Shown piece after piece: positions 27,717-36,845 of a stretch of 64,000 nucleotides of DNA. The first letter of the stretch is position 1. Each line of letters starts with the position of its first letter. Under the pieces are notes generated by a model. That model had not been told where the DNA came from. It made no database searches and saw only the letters and a program-made list of their open reading frames with translations. Source of the DNA: SAR202 cluster bacterium bin90 (GTDB taxonomy: Bacteria > Chloroflexota > Dehalococcoidia > Lucifugimonadales > JADFKI01); NCBI GenBank assembly GCA_002238855.1, contig MPND01000006.1:35943-99942 (forward strand), given 5' to 3'. The translations under genes and the position numbers were made by a program.

Positions 27717-28418
27717 ATGTTGAACACAAGAGATATAGACAATCGGGTTACCGGTGCATTTGACGAATTAGTAAATGAGGCTTCACGTTCGCGCCTTCTT
27801 GGTGAGATTGCTTTTCAACCTTACGGACGGCATGAGAAAACCATAGAGGACTTGTTCCGCACTGCATTGCGCTCTCAATTTGGCGAGCGCGTAAGAATTC
27901 CATCTAATCAGACTAAAGAGCATTACAATAAACTGCACGACATCGTCGTATTACACAATTCAGTGACACTTGCGAAGTTTGAGGTTAAGACGCCTTTTAC
28001 CGATACCCCTGGAATTCGCGGCAAGACTCGCAAGCCTGAACATTTGCCCAAAGACATGAATGCGCTTAAAGCAGCACTAGAAACTGGAGCATCGTCAGCA
28101 TACGCTTTGATCACCCCTATCGGGTGCTATCCAGTGGATCCTAATGTCACCATGACTGTTCTCAATAGTAGATCATTAAAAAAGAATGAGGAAGCCATAA
28201 AGGCAAAGTATCAAATACAGTGGCCGACTAGGCCCGATTATGAAACCAATCCGCTACACGGCAAGCAAGAAGTGGACAGAGCCATGAAGCAACTTGCGGA
28301 TGAACGGAGGCTTAAAGTGAAGCGTGTAAAGGGCTGGCAAAAAGTTGTGCTACCTAAACCCAAGCCTAACATATACACCTTCATCGACTGCGCCCTCTAC
28401 AAAGTTCAGCTAAAATAA
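27717..28418 (+). CDS. Hypothetical protein, possible PD-(D/E)xK nuclease fold
   Basis: 233 aa with GGAGGG 4 nt upstream of the ATG. Segment KLHDIVVLHNSVTLAKFEVKT fits a D-x(13)-E-x-K arrangement. Opposite strand to all neighbours and clearly AT-richer. I recognise no family. Confidence 0.5.
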   Translation: MLNTRDIDNRVTGAFDELVNEASRSRLLGEIAFQPYGRHEKTIEDLFRTALRSQFGERVRIPSNQTKEHYNKLHDIVVLHNSVTLAKFEVKTPFTDTPGIRGKTRKPEHLPKDMNALKAALETGASSAYALITPIGCYPVDPNVTMTVLNSRSLKKNEEAIKAKYQIQWPTRPDYETNPLHGKQEVDRAMKQLADERRLKVKRVKGWQKVVLPKPKPNIYTFIDCALYKVQLK

Positions 28419-28493
28419 CTCGCCTTGAACATACAGGCGGCAGACGCAATATACGCCTGCTGACTATCTTGAGAAAACAGCGCACAAACAAAG

Positions 28494-28536
28494 ACCCCGT
28501 GCGTATCAGCCTGATTCCGCACGGGGTTCTCTTTCC
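28494..28536 (+). terminator. Intrinsic terminator after the 27717..28418 gene
   Basis: ACCCCGTGCG (28494..28503) pairs with CGCACGGGGT (28518..28527), followed by TTCTCTTTCC. Confidence 0.6.
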
Positions 28537-28627
28537 ATCAAAAAGCCCTAAAGAGTGTTAACAGCGCAACCATTAACATCATCAACCCCGCGCCCTGTAT
28601 CCACAGTGCGCGGTAGATGTCGGCGCG

Positions 28628-28981
28628 CTACCGCTTCTCACCCTCGATGATACGCCTGAAGCGCGGACGGAGCTTAGCCAGTCCCGGATCATACTCGCCC
28701 AGCGGATATTCGTCTGGGTGCCCTTCCACCCATGCCAGGGTGATCTCGCGGATAAGGTCGTCATTCACGAGCCGGTTCCTTGCCCTGTCAATGACAAATG
28801 CCTTGATCTCTCGGCGCTTCTTTATCACTCCGAGTATGTAGAAGGGCAACCAGAAAGGGAGGAGAACCACGCGGACGAGAATCCTCAGAAGAGACATCTG
28901 GTCGCCAAATGCCTCGTGCGCGGCGCGGCCTTCGTGCCTGCCTATCTCCGCGCGCCAGTCACGGCGTGGCTCCCTGGACAT
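28628..28981 (-). CDS. Hypothetical membrane protein
   Basis: 117 aa with one strongly hydrophobic stretch, LLRILVRVVLLPFWLPFYILGVI. No family recognised. Confidence 0.45.
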   Translation of the reverse strand: MSREPRRDWRAEIGRHEGRAAHEAFGDQMSLLRILVRVVLLPFWLPFYILGVIKKRREIKAFVIDRARNRLVNDDLIREITLAWVEGHPDEYPLGEYDPGLAKLRPRFRRIIEGEKR

Positions 28982-29008
28982 ATTTTCCTTTCACGAAAGC
29001 AGCGTCAC

Positions 29009-29920
29009 CTACGCATACTTCCCCGTAAGCTGTGGCGTCGTGCCTTCGTTCCCCGCGGACTCCCACTCGTGGCGCGTCTCGCGGCCCCAGGTGCGCTTCA
29101 GATCGTCCTGCACGTTCAGGTGCAACTTGCCCAGGCCCTCGACTTCTATATCGATCGTGTCGCCGTCCTGGATCGCGCTCAGCCCGAAGTGGTTCGTGCC
29201 CGTCGCTATAACATCGCCAGGTCCAAGTGAATGGACGGATGTCACCCACTCAATGACGCGCGGAATCTTATGCGCCATGTCGTCCGTGTTGAAGTCCTGG
29301 CAAAGCCTGTCGTTCACCCACAGCTTCACCGGAAGGCTCTGCGGGTCGGCAATCTCATCGGCTGTAACCAGGTACGGCCCCATCGGCGCGAATGTCTCGC
29401 GAGACTTCATCTGGTAGAACGCCGGTATCCCACGCGCCGACACATCGATGAAGTTCAAGTAGCCGAAGATGTAGTCGTATGCGTCCTCCGCCTTGACCTG
29501 CCACGCGGGCTTGCTGATGACCAGCCCAAGCTCCGCCTCGTGCTCGAATATCGACGAACCCACATCCGGCAGCAATATGGTGTCGCCGTTTCCGATGACA
29601 GCGTTAGGCGACTTGTTGAACGCATTTATCGGTGCAGGCTCCGAGCGCGTGCCGTTCTCCATGTAGTTCACGGCCATGCAGATGATGTTCAGCGGCCCCG
29701 GCGCGGGAGAGCGCAACCGCACGCTCGACAGCGGCACACCGTCGCTCGCGGCAATCGCCTCCTCCAGGTGAGACTTGTGCGTATCGAAGTCCGCAATCAA
29801 CCCCGAAAGGATGTCCTGCGGAGACACATGCGGAATATGCTCCGCAGCAGCAGACAGGTCCACCACATTGTCGCCCTTGACCGCCCCCAGCTTGAAATCA
29901 TCGAAAAATACCAGCTTCAT
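29009..29920 (-). CDS. Fumarylacetoacetate hydrolase (FAH) family protein
   Basis: FEHEAELGLVI, GYLNFIDVSAR and GDVIATGT motifs of the FAH fold. Confidence 0.85.
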   Translation of the reverse strand: MKLVFFDDFKLGAVKGDNVVDLSAAAEHIPHVSPQDILSGLIADFDTHKSHLEEAIAASDGVPLSSVRLRSPAPGPLNIICMAVNYMENGTRSEPAPINAFNKSPNAVIGNGDTILLPDVGSSIFEHEAELGLVISKPAWQVKAEDAYDYIFGYLNFIDVSARGIPAFYQMKSRETFAPMGPYLVTADEIADPQSLPVKLWVNDRLCQDFNTDDMAHKIPRVIEWVTSVHSLGPGDVIATGTNHFGLSAIQDGDTIDIEVEGLGKLHLNVQDDLKRTWGRETRHEWESAGNEGTTPQLTGKYA

Positions 29921-29985
29921 GGTCTATCTCCCTTCGTTCGTTATGTCTTTCAGTGCCTCAGTGTATCAGCCATCATTCCAAGTTG

Positions 29986-30240
29986 TCAGCAACGAGGCTC
30001 CTGAGAAGTCAGATGCCACTCGCCGCAACGACCCTCGTAGTACGCTCGCAGATAGGTGCCTCTGGTCACCGCGCTTTCCGCTGCGCTATGCGCCGTCTCG
30101 CCATCGTCGTACACAATCTTCTTGCATCGCCCGCAGCGAGTTCTGCCCTTCTCATCCGTGTAGTCCGCAGGACGTGAAGTGAACCTGATTACGATCCAGG
30201 CTATTGCGACTACAATCAGAATCGTGACTATGATTTCCAT
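29986..30240 (-). CDS. Small membrane-anchored protein with Cys-rich (zinc-ribbon-like) tail
   Basis: N-terminal TM helix IIVTILIVVAIAWIVI, then CGRCKK...GRCGEWH. Function unknown. Confidence 0.4.
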   Translation of the reverse strand: MEIIVTILIVVAIAWIVIRFTSRPADYTDEKGRTRCGRCKKIVYDDGETAHSAAESAVTRGTYLRAYYEGRCGEWHLTSQEPRC

Positions 30241-30260
30241 AGCAACAGCCCTGCTAGACC

Positions 30261-30971
30261 TTAAATCTTCACAATGCGGTTCACATAGATCGCGGGCGTA
30301 TGCACGCCATGTCCGTCGATTTCACCGACCTCAACCACCTCATCGACTTCCATGATGGTCGTGCGCGCCGCCGTCGCCATCACCCCGTTGAAGTTGCGCG
30401 AAGTGCCGCGATAAACGATATTGCCAAGCGGATCGCCCTTGTGCGCCCGCAGCAGCGCGAAGTCCGCCTTCAGCGCATACTCCAGCACATGCTCTTTGCC
30501 GTCGAATACACGCGTCTCCTTGCCCTCTGCCAGCAGCGTCCCCGCGCCCGTAGGCGTATAGAACGCCGGTATGCCCGCCCCTCCGATGCGTATCCGCTCC
30601 GCAAGCGTCCCCTGCGGCACAAGCTCAAGCTCCACCTTCCCCTCACGATAGGCACGCTCATAGGAAGTAGGTCGGGACGGAGATGGCGACACCGGAAAAG
30701 ACGCCACCACCTTCTTGATCTGCTCGTTGTCCACCAGTATGCCGATGTCGATGGGACGATCCCCCGGAATCGTGCCGAAGCCGATAACGCTCGCAAGACC
30801 CGCCGTATTGCTGATGATCGTCAGATCTTTAGCGCCATGGTCACGCAGCGCCCGAATCAGGTTCTGCGGCGTGCCACCCGGCCCCGCAAACCCGTCAATC
30901 ATCAGAATAGCGCCATCCGGAATATCCGCCACCGCCTCATCGAACGACCCCACAACCTTGTTTATCGCCAT
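30261..30971 (-). CDS. 3-oxoacid CoA-transferase subunit A
   Basis: FDEAVADIPDGAILMIDGFAGPGGTPQNLIRAL and ELELVPQGTLAERIRIGGAGIPAFYTPTG motifs. Start set at ATG 30971. Confidence 0.9.
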   Translation of the reverse strand: MAINKVVGSFDEAVADIPDGAILMIDGFAGPGGTPQNLIRALRDHGAKDLTIISNTAGLASVIGFGTIPGDRPIDIGILVDNEQIKKVVASFPVSPSPSRPTSYERAYREGKVELELVPQGTLAERIRIGGAGIPAFYTPTGAGTLLAEGKETRVFDGKEHVLEYALKADFALLRAHKGDPLGNIVYRGTSRNFNGVMATAARTTIMEVDEVVEVGEIDGHGVHTPAIYVNRIVKI

Positions 30972-31059
30972 ACCCTCAAGCACCTCAAACAGAAAGCAAT
31001 TGCAACGCGCATTCTAACATGGTTGCGCCACGACTATATCCTGCACAAGAACGCGCATA

Positions 31060-31398
31060 TCACGCCCCCGCCCTCGACCGTCTCGGCGGCGCGAACACCA
31101 CCAGCACCGCCAGCGTCTCCGTAATCGAGTGGAAGCGATGCGGCACGTCCGTCTCCACGAATATGACCGCGCCCGGTCCGATCTCCCTGTCCTCGTCTCC
31201 CACCTGCATCCGCGCCGACCCGCTCACCACGTAATAGATTTCATCCTCACTGTGCGGCTGCTGCGGGTCAGTGTCGCCCGCCGGCAGCACATACAGCCCC
31301 AGGCTAAGCGTACCCGTCTCCGCTGTGAAAAACTCCAGGTAGCGCTCGCCCAGTTCCGCATGCGCCACCGCTAGGTCCTCCATCTTCCATATATCCAT
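31060..31398 (-). CDS. Cupin domain protein
   Basis: HSEDEIYYVVSGSARMQVGD and GAVIFVETDVPHRFH cupin motifs. Confidence 0.7.
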   Translation of the reverse strand: MDIWKMEDLAVAHAELGERYLEFFTAETGTLSLGLYVLPAGDTDPQQPHSEDEIYYVVSGSARMQVGDEDREIGPGAVIFVETDVPHRFHSITETLAVLVVFAPPRRSRAGA

Positions 31399-31472
31399 AA
31401 TTCGCTGAATCCCCCTTCAAAACACTCATTTTCTTTTCAATCGTCCGCGCATATCATAAACTGAAAGCCATT

Positions 31473-31937
31473 ATGAGCATAAGCATACGTAACGCAACCC
31501 CCGCAGATATAGACCGCATCGCCGAGTTCCAGCAGGCGATGGCAATGGAAACCGAAAACAGAACGCTAGACCCCTCTGTCAGCACACAGGGCATAACAGC
31601 CATATTCGACGACCCGCTCAAGGGATTCTACATTGTCGCGGTATCCAGCTCCGATGAAGTCGTCGGCAGTCTGCTCATCACCTACGAGTGGAGCGACTGG
31701 AGCAACGCCAACCACTGGTGGATCCAGAGCGTCTATGTCGATGCCGCCTGGCGACGCAAGGGTGTGTACCGCACCATGTACGAGCATATTCTTGGATTGA
31801 CCAAGGGACGCAGCGACATCTGTAGCATCCGCCTCTACGTCGAGCGCTCCAATTCCGTCGCCCAGCAGACCTACAAGAGCCTCGGCATGAGCCACTCCCA
31901 CTATGACATGTACGAAATAGACCTGACTCAGCCTTAA
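31473..31937 (+). CDS. GNAT family N-acetyltransferase
   Basis: WIQSVYVDAAWRRKGVYRTMYEHI is the acetyl-CoA binding motif A. Confidence 0.8.
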   Translation: MSISIRNATPADIDRIAEFQQAMAMETENRTLDPSVSTQGITAIFDDPLKGFYIVAVSSSDEVVGSLLITYEWSDWSNANHWWIQSVYVDAAWRRKGVYRTMYEHILGLTKGRSDICSIRLYVERSNSVAQQTYKSLGMSHSHYDMYEIDLTQP

Positions 31938-31967
31938 GGGATTACCAATTCAGAAGAATTTACTTCC

Positions 31968-32004
31968 TTGACATACAACCATATGAGCAATATGGTTAAC
32001 CATA
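31968..32004 (+). promoter_or_regulatory. Putative vapBC promoter with overlapping operator half-sites
   Basis: TTGACA (31968..31973), a 17-nt spacer, then TATGGT (31991..31996). Half-sites are AACCATA (31977..31983), TATGGTT (31991..31997) and AACCATA (31998..32004). Confidence 0.4.
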
Positions 32005-32006
32005 CA

Positions 32007-32246
32007 ATGAAGACTACCTTGAACATAGATGACACCGTGATGCAGCGGCTGCGCGAAGAAGCTACCAAGCGCGGTACAACCATGTCGGCGCTTGTAGAAG
32101 CCGGACTGCGGCTTGTCTTGGACGAAGGCGCGTCGTTTGCTAATGACATCGAGCAACTGCCCGAATTGCCTCGATGGAACAGCGGTGGACACTTGGTTGA
32201 TATTTCGAATCGCGCAGAGCTCTATCGTGTAATGGAAGAAGAGTAG
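32007..32246 (+). CDS. vapB: VapB-type antitoxin (DUF2191-like)
   Basis: MKTTLNIDDTVMQRLREEATKRGTTMSALVEAGLRLVL. Start moved to ATG 32007. Confidence 0.75.
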   Translation: MKTTLNIDDTVMQRLREEATKRGTTMSALVEAGLRLVLDEGASFANDIEQLPELPRWNSGGHLVDISNRAELYRVMEEE

Positions 32247-32247
32247 C

Positions 32248-32682
32248 TTGCTGGTCTTCGACACGAATATACTGCTGTATGCAATAGACGAGGCATCAGG
32301 CTTTCACAAACCCTGCCTGGAATCAATTGAAGAGGCTCGTAGAGACCCCTCTCCTGCATTCCTGACATGGAATGTCTGCTATGAGTTCCTACGAGTTAGT
32401 ACACATCCCCGGGTTCTGCGTTCACCTATGACATCAGCGGATGCCTGGCAATTCATTCGGACAATATTAGATTCACCTGGATTCGCTCTTCTCAGGTCCA
32501 CGGAACGCCATGCCGCCGTGCTATCTCAGACCCTTTCCGAGTTGCCATATATTTCCGGCAACATCTTCCACGATTTGCACACTGCCGTACTAATGCGTGA
32601 AAACGGCATCAGTCGAATTTGCACGCGAGATACAGATTTCCATAGATTTCCATTTCTAGACGTTGTAGACCCGCTGCGCTAA
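32248..32682 (+). CDS. vapC: PIN-domain toxin VapC
   Basis: LVFDTNILLYAIDE...E...NIFHDLHTAVLMRENGISRICTRDTDF carries the PIN acidic residues. TTG start 2 nt after the vapB stop. Confidence 0.8.
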   Translation: MLVFDTNILLYAIDEASGFHKPCLESIEEARRDPSPAFLTWNVCYEFLRVSTHPRVLRSPMTSADAWQFIRTILDSPGFALLRSTERHAAVLSQTLSELPYISGNIFHDLHTAVLMRENGISRICTRDTDFHRFPFLDVVDPLR

Positions 32683-32703
32683 CCTCGCACCAAGGAGAAT
32701 TCC

Positions 32704-33120
32704 ATGCTCCCAGACAACATCCGCGACTTCATCGCCAGCAACGACAAGGCTGTCCTGAGCACATTCCGGCGCAACGGCCAGGCTCAGCTCAGCATCGTAG
32801 TAGTCGGCGCCCACGACGACGGCGCCGCTTTCACAACCACCGAGGACCGCGCCAAGCTCCTCAACCTGCGCCGCGACCCGCGCTGCTCACTCCTCGTATC
32901 GCAGGATAGCTGGTGGGGATTCGTCGTCCTAGAAGGCACGGCGCGCATCCTGGCGCCCGACACAACCGACCCCGAAGAACTCAGGCAGGCATTCCGCGAC
33001 GTCTATCGCTCCATATCAGGCGAGCATCCCGACTGGGACGAATACGACCGCGCAATGGTCGAGGACAAGCGCGCCGTCGTCATCGTAGTTCCCGACCGCA
33101 TCTACGGGACGGCGCCATAG
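32704..33120 (+). CDS. PPOX-class (pyridoxamine 5'-phosphate oxidase-like) probable F420-dependent enzyme
   Basis: AVLSTFRRNGQAQLSIV...DRAKLLNLRRDPRCSLLV matches the split-barrel PPOX family pattern. Confidence 0.7.
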   Translation: MLPDNIRDFIASNDKAVLSTFRRNGQAQLSIVVVGAHDDGAAFTTTEDRAKLLNLRRDPRCSLLVSQDSWWGFVVLEGTARILAPDTTDPEELRQAFRDVYRSISGEHPDWDEYDRAMVEDKRAVVIVVPDRIYGTAP

Positions 33121-33126
33121 AAGACG

Positions 33127-33555
33127 ATGGACACGATCACCCGGGAGGAGTTCACCGACCGCCTCGTCCGGCTCTGCGTCAACAGCGGGCTGCGAGGCGT
33201 GCCACGCAAGGCAAGAGACCGGCACATCCTGTCGAAGGGCATCACTCTGACACTCGACCTGAAGGCAGAGTACACCGAAGAAGAGGTGAATCAAGAACTG
33301 AAAACATGGCTGACTGAGGTCGGAGGCACGCTCCGCCGCCTCAGCCATGTGCGTCTGCGTCGCCTGCTCATCGACGAGGAGTATCTCGGCAGAAGCAAAG
33401 ACGGCTCCCGCTACTGGGTGGCACTCGGATCAAGGAATCACCCCGCCTTCGAGCCTGCCGTGCAGGACATCGATGTCAGTGAACTGCTCCGAACAGGCAG
33501 GGAAGAGGCCGAGCGCCGTAAGCAGATGTACCAGCAAAAGCAGATGGAATCGTAG
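33127..33555 (+). CDS. DUF2087 domain protein
   Basis: The segment YTEEEVNQELKTWLTEVGGTLRRLSHVRLRRLLIDEEYLGRSKDGSRYW resembles the DUF2087 C-terminal pattern. Confidence 0.5.
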   Translation: MDTITREEFTDRLVRLCVNSGLRGVPRKARDRHILSKGITLTLDLKAEYTEEEVNQELKTWLTEVGGTLRRLSHVRLRRLLIDEEYLGRSKDGSRYWVALGSRNHPAFEPAVQDIDVSELLRTGREEAERRKQMYQQKQMES

Positions 33556-33598
33556 AGAAACGAAGCAATCCTAGCCCCTCTCCAGGAGCATCAAGCCG

Positions 33599-34324
33599 TC
33601 ATTCGCGCGGATTGAATATCTCGTACCCCTCGCGCGGATTCGGCCCCTGCAGGCTGAGATCATCCCCGCAAAGCCAGAACGACAGGCTCGGCGACACCGG
33701 CGGCGGCTGGTCCCTCGGCGGTATCACAATCAGGTCGCCAATGAAGTAAGCCCTGAAACACCCGTCTCGCTTCGAACTCTCAATGGGATAAACGATGCTG
33801 CCGTCGAAAGTCCACGTCTCCTCGCCCGTCTCCACCATTCTCGTACCCGAAATGTACACCGATCCGGTAGCGCCATCGAACTTGCCTGTACCCTCCACGA
33901 TCCGCAGCACCCGCTTCCATAGCCAGGTGTCGCCGCTCTCCGAAGGGCACACAAACCCAAGCGTTTGCGTCATCACCAGTCCGTCGCCCTCAGCCGTCTC
34001 CCAGGTGAAACTGGTCTGTCCCTCAGCCGGCGTGCTGCACGACCCATGCTGCCCCGTAACCCCCGACCAGTCGTCATGAGCGATGAACTTCACAGTACCC
34101 GCATCCATCTCACCCGCGTCGAACTCGCCCTCCATTTCCAGCCGGCACCGGCCAGTCTCATCGCACTCCTCGGGATTCACCACCTCCGAAGTCCCCGTAC
34201 CGCTCCCCACGAAGTCTTGCGTTCCACCGTCAGCCTCGACATCGCCGCCCATCAAAACGAAAAGTGTCAAAGCTCCCATCAGCGCAACCGCGACCGCCAG
34301 TGAAGTCAACAGAATCTTGCTCAT
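33599..34324 (-). CDS. Secreted or membrane-anchored hypothetical protein
   Basis: N-terminal signal/anchor SKILLTSLAVAVALMGALTLFVLM. No family recognised. 1-nt overlap with the upstream membrane-protein gene. Confidence 0.5.
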   Translation of the reverse strand: MSKILLTSLAVAVALMGALTLFVLMGGDVEADGGTQDFVGSGTGTSEVVNPEECDETGRCRLEMEGEFDAGEMDAGTVKFIAHDDWSGVTGQHGSCSTPAEGQTSFTWETAEGDGLVMTQTLGFVCPSESGDTWLWKRVLRIVEGTGKFDGATGSVYISGTRMVETGEETWTFDGSIVYPIESSKRDGCFRAYFIGDLIVIPPRDQPPPVSPSLSFWLCGDDLSLQGPNPREGYEIFNPRE

Positions 34325-34713
34325 CAGATGTGGCTCTCCGATGCTTCGTCTCTATCAATCTGCAAGGCAACACCATATACCAGCCCGACCAGCGGAACAA
34401 GCGCATACACCAGAGCAAGCACCGACTGCGCGGTATAGCCGCCATCCCCGACTTCCAGAAACACATGCACATCCCCGCCGATACTCGCCGCAAGCAGCAG
34501 ACCAATCACAGTACGGCTCCATCCCACTTCCAGTGTGCTGGGTTTCAGCAGCATCACCACCAGGGCCAATGCAGCAATGGGATGAAGTATAAGATGCAGG
34601 AAGACTTCCCACGCGCCCACGCCCTCATCGAGTCCGAAAGCTACTCCGCCTACCACCGCATAGATCAGGTGGACGACCGCAAGCGCAAGAATGACATATC
34701 CGACAATCCTCAT
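34324..34713 (-). CDS. Hypothetical integral membrane protein (about 4 TM)
   Basis: Four hydrophobic segments. Forms an apparent operon with 33599..34324. Confidence 0.5.
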   Translation of the reverse strand: MRIVGYVILALAVVHLIYAVVGGVAFGLDEGVGAWEVFLHLILHPIAALALVVMLLKPSTLEVGWSRTVIGLLLAASIGGDVHVFLEVGDGGYTAQSVLALVYALVPLVGLVYGVALQIDRDEASESHI

Positions 34714-34738
34714 TCTCGCGTCCTCCCGAATCTATCCG

Positions 34739-35146
34739 CTACGCTCGCCCCACCTCGTACTCCGCAAACTCCGCTGGCGAAATAATGTCCACACCCTGAA
34801 ATCTCTCAAGCACCAGCAGGTCGCTGTCCCCCGTAACGATACAGTCAGCATTCCCTGCCACCGCCGTTCCAAGAATCGCATCGTCATCCGGGTCGCGGCA
34901 GACTTGTGTCTCGAAAATCACAGGCTCCACGATTTCCAACTCCGGCATGAGCGTATCTGTCGCAGTCTCGACCTCTCCTAGTTCATATCCAAATTTGCGC
35001 TGAAGAGTGCGGGTAAATTCTTCCAGGATAAAATCTGACACGACTATCGTATGATTGCTCTGCGCGAAGTGTTCAAGGAGCCTTCTGCAGACGCCATTGC
35101 GGATGAATGCAGAAATAAGGAAGTTGGTGTCGATTACTATTCTCAC
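34739..35146 (-). CDS. PIN-family toxin (TIGR00305-like)
   Basis: MRIVIDTNFLISAFI...DDDAILGTAVAGNADCIVTGDSDLLVL. Confidence 0.8.
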   Translation of the reverse strand: MRIVIDTNFLISAFIRNGVCRRLLEHFAQSNHTIVVSDFILEEFTRTLQRKFGYELGEVETATDTLMPELEIVEPVIFETQVCRDPDDDAILGTAVAGNADCIVTGDSDLLVLERFQGVDIISPAEFAEYEVGRA

Positions 35147-35361
35147 GAGACGCGATCATACACGTCCTGTTCAGAATAAATCCCCATTTCCTCAGCTTTA
35201 GCAGTCATTTGATCGGCAACTGTACGGAACTTATGAACAAAGACATACTTCTTCGCTGCTTCGAGAAACGCCTCTTCAACGGAGATTCCTTTGTTCCGTG
35301 CCAACGCCTCCAATTCCGCCACCATATCATCTGGCACAGCAATGGTTATTTTCCTTGCCAC
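35143..35361 (-). CDS. Antitoxin of the PIN toxin (RHH-like)
   Basis: KITIAVPDDMVAELEALARNKGISVEEAFLEA. 4-nt overlap with the PIN gene. Start set at GTG 35361, which has AGGAGG 8 nt upstream. Confidence 0.65.
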   Translation of the reverse strand: MARKITIAVPDDMVAELEALARNKGISVEEAFLEAAKKYVFVHKFRTVADQMTAKAEEMGIYSEQDVYDRVS

Positions 35362-35437
35362 GAGCCAACCTCCTGATTCATCCCGATATCTACGCACAGT
35401 CTAACACGAACGGCATGACCATCCGACACCACTAATC

Positions 35438-36802
35438 CTACCCATCCATCCTCGCCACCAACTCCCCCGCAATCCCCGTATAGCCCGCCGGCGTCAGCTC
35501 CATCAGCCGCTTCTTGTCGCTCGCAGGCAAATCCAGCCCGCCCACGAACTTCCGCATATCCTCACCTGTAACGCTCCGCCCCCGCGTGAACCCCTTCAGC
35601 AGCTCGTATGCATCCTCCCCACCCTGTTTCCGCATCACCGTCTGCACCGCCTCCGCAAGCACCTCCCACGCTTCATCCAGTTCAGCGGCAAGCAGCTCCT
35701 CGTCCACCGCAACCTGCCGCAGCCCCCGCTGTGCCGACTTCAGCCCCACCAGACCATGCCCGATCGCAGGTCCCAGGTTCCGCAGCGCAGACGAGTCCGT
35801 CAGGTCCCGCTGCAGACGCGACACCGGCAGCTTCGTCGCCAGGTGCTCCAGCAGCGCATTGCTTATCCCCAGGTTCGCCTCCGAGTTCTCGAAGTTGATC
35901 GGGTTAACCTTGTGCGGCATCGTCGATGAGCCCACCTCACCTTCGACGGCCCTCTGCCTGAACACCCCCATGGATATGTACGACCACATATCACGGTCAA
36001 AGTCCAGCAATACCGTGTTGAACCGTATCAGCGCATGGAAGATCTCCGCGATGTAGTCGTGCGGCTCGATCTGAGTCGTCAGCGGATTATGCGTCAGCCC
36101 CAGCCGCTCCACGAACCCCCGCGATATGGCTTGCCAGTCCGCATCCGGGTAGGCGATCGCATGCGCATTGTAGCTTCCCACCGCGCCGTTGAACTTCCCC
36201 AGGTACTCCGCGCACTCGATCTGCCGCATCTGCCGCCGCCACCGGTACACGAATACCGCAAGCTCCTTGCCCAACGTAGTCGGCGACGCAGCCTGCCCGT
36301 GCGTCCGCGCCAGCAGCGCCGTATCAGCATTCGCCTCAGCCAGCACCGCCACCCCGTCCACCAGTGCGCGCGCCTGTGGCAGCCACTCCTCCTCCAGCGC
36401 ACCCTTGACCATCAGCGCGTGCGACAGATTGTTGATGTCCTCAGACGTGCAGCAGAAATGCACCCACTCGCCAACATCCTCCAGCGACGTCCCTGCCAGC
36501 CTCTCACGGATGTAGTACTCCACCGCCTTCACATCGTGATTCGTCGTGCGCTCGATTGCCTTTACACGGTTCGCAGCCTCGTCATCGAAGTCATCAACCA
36601 GACCTTGCAGATACTCCCGCTCCGCACCCGTCAGCGCCCGCATATCCGAGATGTCAGCGCAGCCCGCCATCTCCACCAACCACTCAACTTCAACCTGCAC
36701 GCGCCGCTTTATCAGCGCCCACTCCGAGAGATGCTCCGCAAGCCCGCTCACCTGAGTCGCATACCGTCCGTCCAAAGGCGTAATCGCCCGAATCGTACTC
36801 AC
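35438..36802 (-). CDS. purB: Adenylosuccinate lyase
   Basis: ITPLDGRYA start and the fumarate-lyase signature GSSTMPHKVNP. 454 aa. Confidence 0.95.
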   Translation of the reverse strand: MSTIRAITPLDGRYATQVSGLAEHLSEWALIKRRVQVEVEWLVEMAGCADISDMRALTGAEREYLQGLVDDFDDEAANRVKAIERTTNHDVKAVEYYIRERLAGTSLEDVGEWVHFCCTSEDINNLSHALMVKGALEEEWLPQARALVDGVAVLAEANADTALLARTHGQAASPTTLGKELAVFVYRWRRQMRQIECAEYLGKFNGAVGSYNAHAIAYPDADWQAISRGFVERLGLTHNPLTTQIEPHDYIAEIFHALIRFNTVLLDFDRDMWSYISMGVFRQRAVEGEVGSSTMPHKVNPINFENSEANLGISNALLEHLATKLPVSRLQRDLTDSSALRNLGPAIGHGLVGLKSAQRGLRQVAVDEELLAAELDEAWEVLAEAVQTVMRKQGGEDAYELLKGFTRGRSVTGEDMRKFVGGLDLPASDKKRLMELTPAGYTGIAGELVARMDG

Positions 36803-36845
36803 CGATAACTCCCTATCCTATCAATCATGTATTTCGTGTCAGCCT

